From: an uncultured bacterium
Lineage (GTDB): Bacteria; Zixibacteria; MSB-5A5; UBA10806
Direction: 5' to 3'
Length of the DNA: 52,469 nucleotides
Assembly (NCBI GenBank): GCA_965602185.1
Contig: CBFCYP010000003.1
Location: forward strand, 1 to 52,469
Positions 38,903-48,298 of the stretch are shown here, one piece after another. The position numbers were made by a program, and so were the translations under genes. The notes under the pieces are model-generated. The model had not been told where the DNA came from, did no database searches, and saw only the letters and a program-made list of their open reading frames with translations. Each line of letters opens with the position of its first letter. Positions within the stretch are counted from its first letter, which is position 1.

Positions 38903-40401
38903 TGGCAGCTTATAAGAAATATATTCTATTAATTGTTATATTAATTGTTTCGGGATTATACTGTTCGTACTTTTTTGATGGTTACCTGGGTTTATCGGAC
39001 GGCAACGATTATGCCGGCCTGGCCAGGAGCATAATCAGGGGAGAGGGTTTCAGTCTTGGCCATCTGTATCCGCTGGCCTTTTCATTCGGCTCCGATATTC
39101 CCCGGCCGAATAACCTCTGGGCCCCCGCTTACCCGGTTTACCTGGCGTTATGGTTTATAATATTCGGCGCGAGCGACTCGACGATTCTGGCGGCCATAAT
39201 ATTTTCAATATGGCTTTTTATTTTGGCGGTATATTTCGTTACAGGAAGAGTAGCGGGAGGGAAGTGGGCGATATTGGGAGCCGCCCTGATCGGGTTGAAT
39301 CAGGGTATGCTCTCGACGGCGCTGGAGGGATCGCCGGAACCCCTCACGGCGACGTTGCTTTTGTTTTCCATCTATCCCCTGATATCTAAAACAAAAGGCT
39401 TGAGAATAGTTATATCGGCGATTCTATTTGGATTGGCGGTATTGACCCGGTACCAGATGATCGTACTGGCGATCCCGGTCTTGTTTTTTCTTACCGATAG
39501 GAAGTTGCGAACCATAATTTTATGGTCGGCGGTAACGCTATTGGTCCTGTCGCCCTGGCTTATAAGAAATTATGTTATTTTCGGAAATCCGATTTTTACC
39601 CTCCAGGCTTATGGGGAATTTACCAAGGGCATGGGACATCTCGATTATTACTATTACACCTATAGATCTTTTACACCCATGTCATTCTCTTATGCCGTTT
39701 CGCATTTCCCGTTTTACGTCTTAAAAAAGTTCGTAGCCGGCATATTATTATTCTCCTGGTGGACAATAATCGTGCTTAATTTCTTCGGCGCTGTGCTATT
39801 CGTTTTCGCGCTTATGCGGAAAAAATATTTCAACAGTCTTCAACAGAGATTTATCGGGTTTGGTATAACATCATTAATACTATTAATAGCGCTGTCTTCA
39901 TTCAACGGGATTCATCTGCGGCATCTGGTGAATGTCCAGGGCGTTCTGATCGTTCTGGTAATTCTGGGATTAATCCAATTCAGAGAACAATTGCCCTTTT
40001 TCAGAAAAAGATATTTATGGGTTTTGGCGATAATATTGCTGTTGTTACCGTTACGTTTTCCCTACCTGGAAATGGAGCTTAAGGTTTATACCGACAGAAT
40101 CGAAAAAAACAAGGACGTTTATCAGATAATAACGGAAAAAACCGAGCAGGAAGCGGTAATCGTATCGGACGCCTCTGACGCTGTGTGGTGGTATTGCGAC
40201 AGACCATCCATCTGGGTACCAGTACTTTACAGCGATTTTAAGACGCTCCTGGAGATTCAAAAAGTGGATTATATTTATTTTGAAAACAGCTCCGAATATC
40301 TGGGACGCCTTGAAAATGACGAACTTGTAGATTTCCTGACGATCTCCTCGATCGTTGACGGAACTCCTTTTGGCTGGAGCCTGTACAGAATAATCCGATA
40401 G
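38902..40401 (+). CDS. GT-C (ArnT/PMT/GT39-like) membrane glycosyltransferase
   Basis: N-terminal TM then DGNDYAGLARSI..G.G, PAYP, GLAVLTRY, PWLIRNY..FGNP; about a dozen TM segments. Confidence 0.8.
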   Translation: MAAYKKYILLIVILIVSGLYCSYFFDGYLGLSDGNDYAGLARSIIRGEGFSLGHLYPLAFSFGSDIPRPNNLWAPAYPVYLALWFIIFGASDSTILAAIIFSIWLFILAVYFVTGRVAGGKWAILGAALIGLNQGMLSTALEGSPEPLTATLLLFSIYPLISKTKGLRIVISAILFGLAVLTRYQMIVLAIPVLFFLTDRKLRTIILWSAVTLLVLSPWLIRNYVIFGNPIFTLQAYGEFTKGMGHLDYYYYTYRSFTPMSFSYAVSHFPFYVLKKFVAGILLFSWWTIIVLNFFGAVLFVFALMRKKYFNSLQQRFIGFGITSLILLIALSSFNGIHLRHLVNVQGVLIVLVILGLIQFREQLPFFRKRYLWVLAIILLLLPLRFPYLEMELKVYTDRIEKNKDVYQIITEKTEQEAVIVSDASDAVWWYCDRPSIWVPVLYSDFKTLLEIQKVDYIYFENSSEYLGRLENDELVDFLTISSIVDGTPFGWSLYRIIR

Positions 40402-40407
40402 AGTAAG

Positions 40408-41592
40408 TTGGAGACGCGCGTGAGAATACTTATCGTATCAACCAGTTTTCCGTTGAAGCCGGGGGACAGCCTCTCGCCTTTTTTATGGGAGTTCTGCCTG
40501 CGTTTGCAGGAGCGGAGTTGGGATGTAACAGTTGTTGTCCCGCATCATAAGGGAATAAAAATGGAAGAAGACTGGGCGGGAATAAAGATTAAACGATTTA
40601 AATATCTGCCAGAGAGGATGGAAAACTTCGCTTATTCCGGCGGGCTCCTGCCGGGGTTAAAGAAAAACCTTTTTAGAATTTTTGGTATTGCGTTATTCAT
40701 AAACGCCATGTATCGAAAAGTTCTGAACACAGTGAAGGAAGGGAACTTCGATATCGTAAATATTCACTGGCTGTTCCCGGCCGCGTTCTGGGCGCGGAGA
40801 TTATACAAAAAAAGTTCCTCGAAAATTGTCTTTACCGGGCATGGAACCGACGTGCAATTGGCGCGGAGATATCCTTTTAATATATTTGCGGATTCCGCTT
40901 TGAAGGTCGCTTCCGGGCTAACCTTGAACAGCGATTACATGCTGCGGATTTTAAAAGAAGGGGCGCGGCCGGATAAAATTGAAATTATTCCGATGGGAAC
41001 CGATACTGAAAAATTCAAACCGGGCGATATGAAACCGTCAAAATCGAACAAAATTCTCTTTATCGGCAGGCTTATAAAGCAAAAAGGCATCGATATCTTG
41101 TTGAAAGCATATAGACTATTAAAAGATTCGTTTCCGCAGGCGGAACTGGAGATAATCGGTTACGGGCCGGAGAAGATGCCGTTGTTTGATATTGTCGAAA
41201 ATCTGGATTTATCAAATGAAGTAACATTTTCCGATGCGGTAGAACACGATAAACTGGTTGATAAATACCGTGGCGCCAGGGTGCTGGCGTTGCCTTCCTT
41301 GATCGGAGAGGGTTTCGGGATGACGGTTGCGGAAGCGGCAGCCTGCGGGATTCCGACCGTCACGTTTGGATTGGGCGGTACGGGTGAACTTGTGGTCGAC
41401 GGTGAAACCGGCATGATAGTGAGCCAGAATGCGGAAAGCCTGGCGGAAGGGTTGAAAAGACTTTTTTCTGATGATGCCTTGGCCGACCATATGGGTGAGC
41501 GCGCGCGAAAGAGGATGGAGGATCACTATAGTTGGGATATCATCGCCGATAAATTCGACAGATTCTTCAGGCATATCCTGAAAACGGAATAA
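40408..41592 (+). CDS. Glycosyltransferase family 4
   Basis: NIHWLFP, HGTDV, FIGRLIKQKG, EGFGMTVAEAAACG. Confidence 0.9.
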   Translation: METRVRILIVSTSFPLKPGDSLSPFLWEFCLRLQERSWDVTVVVPHHKGIKMEEDWAGIKIKRFKYLPERMENFAYSGGLLPGLKKNLFRIFGIALFINAMYRKVLNTVKEGNFDIVNIHWLFPAAFWARRLYKKSSSKIVFTGHGTDVQLARRYPFNIFADSALKVASGLTLNSDYMLRILKEGARPDKIEIIPMGTDTEKFKPGDMKPSKSNKILFIGRLIKQKGIDILLKAYRLLKDSFPQAELEIIGYGPEKMPLFDIVENLDLSNEVTFSDAVEHDKLVDKYRGARVLALPSLIGEGFGMTVAEAAACGIPTVTFGLGGTGELVVDGETGMIVSQNAESLAEGLKRLFSDDALADHMGERARKRMEDHYSWDIIADKFDRFFRHILKTE

Positions 41593-41641
41593 AAAAATAA
41601 TCCCGCCCCCTGCAACGCTTAATAAGGGGACGGGATTTTTT
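41591..41641. terminator. Bidirectional intrinsic terminator
   Basis: A-tract, AATCCCGCCCC...GGGGACGGGATT, T-tract between convergent genes. Confidence 0.75.
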
Positions 41642-41652
41642 GAGGGATATAA

Positions 41653-44073
41653 TTACTTCAATAATGTCATCTGTTTTATTTCGACGCTATTTCCGGATGA
41701 GAACCTGAAGAGGTATATTCCGCTGGCGACATTTTCATGGTTTTCATTGTTGCCGTCCCAGACGATGCTGTTCTCTCCCGCCGAGTAGTGTTGTGACGCC
41801 AATCTCTTGACCAGCCTTCCCCTTATATCGAAAATATCAAGATCGACAAAAGCGTCCCGTGGAAGCTCGAATTCGATGACGGTGGAGCTGTTGAAAGGAT
41901 TGGGGTAGTTCTGATAGATCTTCGGTGATTTAGGTATAATTATCTCGTCGTCAATCCCGGCGGGCGAACCTATAACGACCTCGAGCTGCGCGGGGATGAA
42001 ATTCTGCTTGGTAGCGGTAACGGTGGCGACGCCGTCGAATTCGGGTGTAATCTCAAATCTAACTCCACCGTTTTCATCGGTGATACCAATATTGAAAGCA
42101 TATCCGGGAAGATAAAGGCAAACTTGCGTTCCCTGAATGGGATAAGCGCCGTCGTGAACGGTGTAATTAATTTCGATCGGCTGGCCCAGATTTATTCTCG
42201 TGGGTCCATCGAGAGTCAAATTACCTTCGATAGAGGTCCATAATCTCATTTCGGGATCTCCGAACAGGGTATGGCCGTAACCTATATCCCTGTAATTGGG
42301 ACAATCGATTTTCGAAAGAGCTTCGGCCTCCGATAGCCTGCTGGTTGAATCGTTGAATATATGTTCCAGGAATTTCTTTTCCATGTTGTAGGACGAAGAA
42401 ACCCAGCCCCAGCGGGTGTTGCCCAGGAATGCGACTCCGCCGCCCGGTTCGAAAAGATACGCTTCGGCGTAGGTATAAGTAGTAGCGTAAGGATTTGGTG
42501 AGAGTATACCTTTGTCAAAATCGAGCGCCCCGAGATCGCAGCTGATGGAATAATGTACCGCGGGCTGGTCGTAGGCGGTCAGCTGTATCAAACCGCCGCA
42601 ACGGCCCCATTCCGGTACAATAGTCCCCCAGACCCCCGACCATCCATAATGGTTGTAATAGCATGATTTTGTTCCATACCATTCCGGGCTTCCGTGATTC
42701 AGGTTTGAAATGAAACCCCACCCTTCGTTCATAATATTGATAACCTCATCGCCATAAGGACCAGTGGGGGATGGTGACCCGCCGCTGGGCATTTCCTCCA
42801 GCCTGTTGACGTCGTAGGTGAAATTTCCAGGCAAAAGACCCGCCAGCGTATAATGCTGGCCGTAATCACGCATTTGATCGGCAGCTATAAACAAAGCTTT
42901 TGTTAAATAAGAAGAATCTCCGTTGCCGGGATTTTTCTCATATTTTATCGCCTTGGCACTCCAGGTCTGGGCCTGGTCCTGGTCTCTGGCGGGAACCCGA
43001 CCCACATATAATTCCGGGTAAATATCGGGAGAATCGTGATAAGATTCCCCCCAAACACCGTCGCCATCAACGTCCCACTCGCCGGTTAAATCGGAATAAT
43101 ACATATCGGAAATCTGTTGAAGATGTAAACTCGGTATATAAGTATATACGTTCCCGGGATACAGATACCTGATCGGGACAACATCCTCATCACCACCCAG
43201 AAGAACCCAACGAATCCCGTCATTATAAGCTTGGATCAGATAATTCCTCAGTTGCTCCGCGGGATCTGATCCCATAGATGTTGCCAGAATGTCTTCAATT
43301 AAAACCAGGTCAGTCGGGACACCTTTCTGGTTTTTCCATTCGACAAACGGATAAAAACCCGGGGCGATCGCGCCCGACGTTATGATTAAATATTCGGGCG
43401 AGGGTATTCCGGATGTAATCTTCGGCAAACCGAATGGCGGAGGCGAACCGGCAGCCAGCGGAAGATCCATTTTGTTTTGAACGATCTTATCAAGGGCATT
43501 ATAAGCGATTCTGTCGTTTTTTGTATTAAGATAAGGATTTTGCGAGACCGGTTCGAGTTGCAGTTCTATCGTTATTTCAGGGAATAGCAGTACCTCGCCC
43601 GATATGGGTTTGTACCCTACAGGATAAATGGCGAGACTGACCAGGCTTATTTCTCCCCAATCGCCTTTGCCCAGTATTTCAATCCGTTTTTCAGGATATA
43701 CTTCATCAGATCCGAAAATTTCGGGATCGGGCATAGTGGCGATATTTTCCGGGTAATTGCCCGTTTTTATATCGCCTTTTACATAATCGAGATAGACGGA
43801 ACCGGCAATTACCGGGTCGGCCGTCTCCACCGAATAGCCGGAAACTGCTTTTCCCAGGGGCAATACCAATCTAACGATTTTATAATCGATTCCCGGCGCC
43901 CCCGGAACTGGATTCTCAAATCCTCTATCAATATGGACTCCGGCACCATCTATGTGGATTGAACTTAAATCAGTCTTATCGATGTAGACATACTCATCTT
44001 CGGCCCCAACATTACCTGCAATAGATATTATTAAAAGTATGGCCGAAAATAGGGCGAATAGTTTTCTAAACAT
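41653..44073 (-). CDS. C25 (gingipain-like) cysteine peptidase with propeptide, Ig-like domain and T9SS/FlgD-like CTD
   Basis: EYLIIT..WKNQKG, WVLLGGD..VP.R, SDMYYSDL, ELYVGRVP, NHG (His), SISC (Cys), LFGDPEM; CTD NYPNPFN..VASGIYLF..KQMTLLK. Start ATG 44073 after GGAGG. Confidence 0.88.
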   Translation of the reverse strand: MFRKLFALFSAILLIISIAGNVGAEDEYVYIDKTDLSSIHIDGAGVHIDRGFENPVPGAPGIDYKIVRLVLPLGKAVSGYSVETADPVIAGSVYLDYVKGDIKTGNYPENIATMPDPEIFGSDEVYPEKRIEILGKGDWGEISLVSLAIYPVGYKPISGEVLLFPEITIELQLEPVSQNPYLNTKNDRIAYNALDKIVQNKMDLPLAAGSPPPFGLPKITSGIPSPEYLIITSGAIAPGFYPFVEWKNQKGVPTDLVLIEDILATSMGSDPAEQLRNYLIQAYNDGIRWVLLGGDEDVVPIRYLYPGNVYTYIPSLHLQQISDMYYSDLTGEWDVDGDGVWGESYHDSPDIYPELYVGRVPARDQDQAQTWSAKAIKYEKNPGNGDSSYLTKALFIAADQMRDYGQHYTLAGLLPGNFTYDVNRLEEMPSGGSPSPTGPYGDEVINIMNEGWGFISNLNHGSPEWYGTKSCYYNHYGWSGVWGTIVPEWGRCGGLIQLTAYDQPAVHYSISCDLGALDFDKGILSPNPYATTYTYAEAYLFEPGGGVAFLGNTRWGWVSSSYNMEKKFLEHIFNDSTSRLSEAEALSKIDCPNYRDIGYGHTLFGDPEMRLWTSIEGNLTLDGPTRINLGQPIEINYTVHDGAYPIQGTQVCLYLPGYAFNIGITDENGGVRFEITPEFDGVATVTATKQNFIPAQLEVVIGSPAGIDDEIIIPKSPKIYQNYPNPFNSSTVIEFELPRDAFVDLDIFDIRGRLVKRLASQHYSAGENSIVWDGNNENHENVASGIYLFRFSSGNSVEIKQMTLLK

Positions 44074-44117
44074 TTTAACCTCCCTCAAAAGTTCATTTCA
44101 AATTCCGAAAGTTAAGA

Positions 44118-44182
44118 TGCAACGTTAGTGCCGTCCGATCTTCACGATGAAACACCTGAAACGACTTTATAACTTATTGATA
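44118..44182 (-). promoter_or_regulatory. sigma54 promoter with IHF site
   Basis: Minus strand CGGCAC-TAACG-TTGCA (44118-44133); TAACTTATTGATA (44170-44182) matches the reverse complement of IHF consensus WATCAANNNNTTR. Confidence 0.7.
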
Positions 44183-44508
44183 AACAGTAAGTTATTTAAC
44201 AATTTACATTATGGGGATATTGACCTCGTGGCGATATTACCATCTGCATTATGGGAGGAATCCCATATTCTTTGTTTAGAAGCAATTTTCGGGCAATTTC
44301 TGTTTATCTCAACGCCCGAATAGTTGGCGAAGGCGGAATAATAAGATCAATTAAGTGAATACATTGACTTACAAAGAGTTACAAAGCCCATGAAATAATT
44401 AAATTGCAGTTTTGATCCTCGAAACAGGTAGAGTTTTTACGCACGATAAAAATCTGTGTTTCTATCGTTATGTAGATAAAAGGAATAGGATTATAGGAAA
44501 TTTTTCAC

Positions 44509-44562
44509 TTGACTCTGGTGGGTTATAATGACAAATTTGTGGGAGAAAGTGGGAGAGATGGA
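44509..44562 (+). promoter_or_regulatory. dcw promoter with MraZ-binding direct repeats
   Basis: TTGACT at 44509; GTGGG repeats at 44518, 44539, 44549 (10-nt period) and ATGG at 44558. Confidence 0.7.
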
Positions 44563-44565
44563 TAA

Positions 44566-45009
44566 ATGGTAGCGTTTAAAGGAACATATCTTCATTCTAT
44601 TGATCATAAAAATAGAATTAATATACCCGCGAAATTCAGGGGCAATCCCGAGTCTCCCGAAAACGAGCATTACGTTATCGTGCGCGGGTTTGAAGGCTGT
44701 CTTTACGTTTATCCGCATAATTCCTGGCTCATTATCGAAGAGAAACTTTCCGGTTTAAAAAGGCTCTCCGATCCCAGGGCAAGATACTTCGAGAGGCTGA
44801 TGTTGTCAAATGCTTCCGATGCCAAGATTGACAAACAGGGCAGGATCGCCATCCCGCAAAACCTTCTGGACCTGGCGGGGATTTCCAAAGAAGTTACTAT
44901 ACAGGGGGTTTTTGATAAAATCGAATTATGGGATCCGGAAAGACTTAAGGTATATAAATCGGGTCAGCCGGATTCCTATGAAGATGTAGCGGGTCAGTTG
45001 TTAATTTGA
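44566..45009 (+). CDS. mraZ: Division/cell wall cluster repressor MraZ
   Basis: FKGTY.HSIDHKNRINIPAKFR, IDKQGRIAIP, KIELWD. Confidence 0.95.
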   Translation: MVAFKGTYLHSIDHKNRINIPAKFRGNPESPENEHYVIVRGFEGCLYVYPHNSWLIIEEKLSGLKRLSDPRARYFERLMLSNASDAKIDKQGRIAIPQNLLDLAGISKEVTIQGVFDKIELWDPERLKVYKSGQPDSYEDVAGQLLI

Positions 45010-45010
45010 T

Positions 45011-45910
45011 ATGGGCCATTTACCGGTAATGGTAAAGGAAGTCGTATCGGTTTTCGCTGACGTACCGGAGGGAGTTTTCATTGACGCTACGATTGGCCTT
45101 GGAGGGCACGCGCTGGCGGTAGAAAGAAATTTGCCGGGGAAATTCATTTTTATCGGTTTTGACCGCGACGGAGAAATGATTGAACTGGCGAAGGAAAATC
45201 TGCCCGAAAGTTTTCGCCTGCTTAAAATGACATATTCGCAAATACCCTCAATTCTTGAAGGAGAGAATACGGGTCCGGTAACGGGAGTGTTGTTCGACCT
45301 GGGGTTGAATTCCATGCAATTGGAACGAGGCGAAAGAGGATTCTCCTATCAAGAGAAATCGCTTCTGGATTTCAGGTTTGACAGAAATTCGGGACAAGCG
45401 TTCCATAGGATGGTCGATAAATTCAGGCTGTCGGAGCTGGTAAATATTTTAAAAACCTATGGGCAGGATAAAAACTCCCGCGCCATAGCGAGGGCTATAA
45501 TTGATCAACGTCCGAAGACCACTGACGGGCTGGCGGAGATCATAAGAAAAATCGTCGGTCCGCGAAATTACAATAAGGCCTCCTCCAGGGTATTTCAGGC
45601 GTTCAGGATATACGTGAATAATGAGCTGGATGAGTTTGAAAAAGCTCTAAAGGGGATTGTTCCTCTGATTTCGAGGGGAGGTAGAATAGCGGTAATCTCC
45701 TATCATTCGCTTGAAGACGGCATCGCCAAAAGAATCTTTAGATTATATGCGGGAAAATGCCAGTGCGGCCCGGGAAGGGGTATTTGCGAATGCGGCGCCA
45801 GAAGGATTATTGATATAAAGACCAAAAAACCGGTTCGCCCGAACGAAACGGAAATCCGGAAGAATCCGCGGGCGCGCTCCGCGAGATTAAGATATGCCGA
45901 AAAAATATAA
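45011..45910 (+). CDS. rsmH: 16S rRNA m4C1402 methyltransferase
   Basis: HLPVM, DATIGLGGH, DLGLNS, FQAFRIYVNNEL, ISYHSLED, NPRARSARLR. Confidence 0.95.
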   Translation: MGHLPVMVKEVVSVFADVPEGVFIDATIGLGGHALAVERNLPGKFIFIGFDRDGEMIELAKENLPESFRLLKMTYSQIPSILEGENTGPVTGVLFDLGLNSMQLERGERGFSYQEKSLLDFRFDRNSGQAFHRMVDKFRLSELVNILKTYGQDKNSRAIARAIIDQRPKTTDGLAEIIRKIVGPRNYNKASSRVFQAFRIYVNNELDEFEKALKGIVPLISRGGRIAVISYHSLEDGIAKRIFRLYAGKCQCGPGRGICECGARRIIDIKTKKPVRPNETEIRKNPRARSARLRYAEKI

Positions 45911-46328
45911 AAAAAAATCAAAGCCGGGGAAAAGGCCGGTTTTGAAACCGGGCATTCTCATCATATTGATTTTTACCCTGGGGCTCCTAATGATCTGGAA
46001 ATCGAACAAGGTCAAGGATTACTACTCGAAAACCAGGGATCTTGAAAAATCAAAAGGCGAATTGATCTCCGAAATTTCCGAGTATAAGGCGGAACTGATG
46101 GATTTAAAATCCATAACTCAGGTGGGCGAAGTAGTCAAAAAATACGGATTGACCCAGAATGTATCCGAGAGGTTGAAGATAGAAATCCCGGCGATTGAAA
46201 AAGTCGGGGATACCAGGAGGTTGTTCGTGAACGTGGATCTGTTCGCGGATTGGCTCGAAGAAGCGGTATTCAGATCGGGTAAGATTAACGCCCGGGAACG
46301 CGGCGAGAAATTATCGAAATCGGAATGA
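45894..46328 (+). CDS. ftsL: FtsL-like cell division protein
   Basis: Position between rsmH and ftsI; basic N-terminus, single TM, coiled coil. Confidence 0.6.
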   Translation: MPKKYKKKSKPGKRPVLKPGILIILIFTLGLLMIWKSNKVKDYYSKTRDLEKSKGELISEISEYKAELMDLKSITQVGEVVKKYGLTQNVSERLKIEIPAIEKVGDTRRLFVNVDLFADWLEEAVFRSGKINARERGEKLSKSE

Positions 46329-48295
46329 TAAATATGGCTGATCTTAGAACTGTAAAAAGAAGGGGCAAACTAATCAGGGCGGCATTTATAATAATCGGAA
46401 TAGTATTTCTGGCGAGATCGGTCGAGGTCCAGATATTTAAGCATAATACTTTCAAAGAATACGCCGATTCGCAGCAAAAATCATCGATGCTGTTAAAATC
46501 GAAGCGCGGTTCAATACTCGATTGCCGGGGCAGGCTTCTGGCTTATGATATGGAAGTGAAATCCTATTCGGTTAATCCCAGGTACATGAAGAACTCCGGC
46601 GAAGAAGCCTCGAAACTTTCCAGAGTAACGGGCAAATCAAAATCATACTGGATAAAGCAGTTTAAAAAGTATCCCGGTTTCTTGTATGTCGCGCGAAAGG
46701 TCTCGCAGAAAGATCAACCCAGATATGAAGATGCCGGAATACAAACGCTGAAGTCTCGTGTAGAATCGGTTCGGATTTATCCATATAAGGATCTGGCATC
46801 CGAAGTTATAGGGCGTACGGATACGGATAATTACGGAGTTTCGGGGCTGGAGATGTATTACGAGGATACTCTCGCCGGCAGTGACGGCCAATCAATATAT
46901 CTTCGGGATGCCTACGGAAACGAGATAACCAACTGGGAACATACCATTGTGGAACCCGTTGACGGTTCGGATATTTGCCTGACCCTGGACCTGGATTTTC
47001 AGCAGATAGTGGAGGAGGAACTTAGCTGGATGCTGGATTCAAGCAAGGCGCTTTACGGTTCGGCGGTCTTTATGGATCTGGAAACCGGCGGCGTGGCGGC
47101 ATGCGCTACGATAGAAAAGGGCAACGTTTCCTTTCAAAGGTGCCGCAGCGTCGTGGACAGAAACGAACCGGGGTCTACCGCCAAAATAATTCCCCTGGCC
47201 GCCGTGTTCCAGGAAGGGATATTCGAACCGAACGATATCATAAACGTAGAAGGAGGCAGGTTCAATCTCGGCCGGCATGTTATCAGGGATGACCATCCCT
47301 ACGACACGCTTCGTTGCGACGAAATAGGCATCTACTCGTCAAATATCGGGGTCAGCAAGATGGGTCTGGCGGCCGGATCCGAGTTGATATATAAGACCCT
47401 GATAAGGTTCGGTTTCGGCGAGAAAACCGGCGTGGATTTTCCGGGCGAGGTTTCAGGTCTTGTTTATAAACCGGAGAAATGGACCGAACATTTCCTGGCC
47501 AACGTATGCTTCGGTTACGGGATCGCGGTGTCGGGTCTTCAAACAGTTCGGGCTTATGCCGCCATAGCGAATGGCGGCGAGCTGTTGAAACCTTTTTTCG
47601 CCCAGGAGATGATATCACCCGAGGGATCGGAAAAAACACTGAACGCGAAAGTGGTGGAAAGAAACATTCTGGATAAAAAGCCCCGCGGTATTTTGAATGA
47701 CATCTTTTGCGGCGTGGTTCGTGAAGGTACCGCCAGAAAAGCGGACGATCATCTTTGCGCCATCGCGGGTAAAACCGGCACGGCCCTGAGAATCAAAAAG
47801 GAGGGCCGCGGCTACGATCCCCGGAGGTCGCTGGCGTCGTTTGTGGGCTATTTCCCTGCGGATAATCCTCGCTACGCCGGCATTGTTATCTATGACGAGC
47901 CCCAGACGAGCATTTATGGCGGGGAGGTCTCGGCGCCGGTATTCAGGAACATAGCGAGGAGGTTCGTGAGTCTTCCTCGAAACAACGCCCTGGTTAAAGG
48001 CGGGGCAGAGAACCAACAGGAAGAATTGCGGTTAACGCGTATTTCCCACGGCGATTCTGAAACCTCGCCAAAAGCCGAAACCCGCTATGCCAGCGTTAAG
48101 GACGTTTTCGCGGGTAATGACCTGGAAAAGATGTTGCCGGATTTTCGGGGCAAGACTATCCGGGACGCTTACCGGGCGGCCAGGTCATTGGGATTGAAAT
48201 GTGAAATTTTTGGGAGCGGCTTGGTCGAATATCAGAAGCCCGCCCCTGGCATAATTATCGATCGTGTCGATGCGTTGATTCTATATGGGAAGTAA
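46325..48295 (+). CDS. ftsI: Class B penicillin-binding protein (PBP3) with PASTA domain
   Basis: RGSILD, RIYP, EPGSTAK (SxxK), SSN, KTGT, C-terminal LPDFRGK PASTA. Confidence 0.9.
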   Translation: MINMADLRTVKRRGKLIRAAFIIIGIVFLARSVEVQIFKHNTFKEYADSQQKSSMLLKSKRGSILDCRGRLLAYDMEVKSYSVNPRYMKNSGEEASKLSRVTGKSKSYWIKQFKKYPGFLYVARKVSQKDQPRYEDAGIQTLKSRVESVRIYPYKDLASEVIGRTDTDNYGVSGLEMYYEDTLAGSDGQSIYLRDAYGNEITNWEHTIVEPVDGSDICLTLDLDFQQIVEEELSWMLDSSKALYGSAVFMDLETGGVAACATIEKGNVSFQRCRSVVDRNEPGSTAKIIPLAAVFQEGIFEPNDIINVEGGRFNLGRHVIRDDHPYDTLRCDEIGIYSSNIGVSKMGLAAGSELIYKTLIRFGFGEKTGVDFPGEVSGLVYKPEKWTEHFLANVCFGYGIAVSGLQTVRAYAAIANGGELLKPFFAQEMISPEGSEKTLNAKVVERNILDKKPRGILNDIFCGVVREGTARKADDHLCAIAGKTGTALRIKKEGRGYDPRRSLASFVGYFPADNPRYAGIVIYDEPQTSIYGGEVSAPVFRNIARRFVSLPRNNALVKGGAENQQEELRLTRISHGDSETSPKAETRYASVKDVFAGNDLEKMLPDFRGKTIRDAYRAARSLGLKCEIFGSGLVEYQKPAPGIIIDRVDALILYGK

Positions 48296-48298
48296 AAT

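Noticed and set aside
41653-44073. PorU sortase assignment
   Set aside because: Shorter than typical PorU and has a gingipain-type propeptide-C25-Ig-CTD layout.
45755-45800. Cys cluster CQC...CEC in RsmH
   Set aside because: A similar CxC...CxC insert is common in RsmH proteins.
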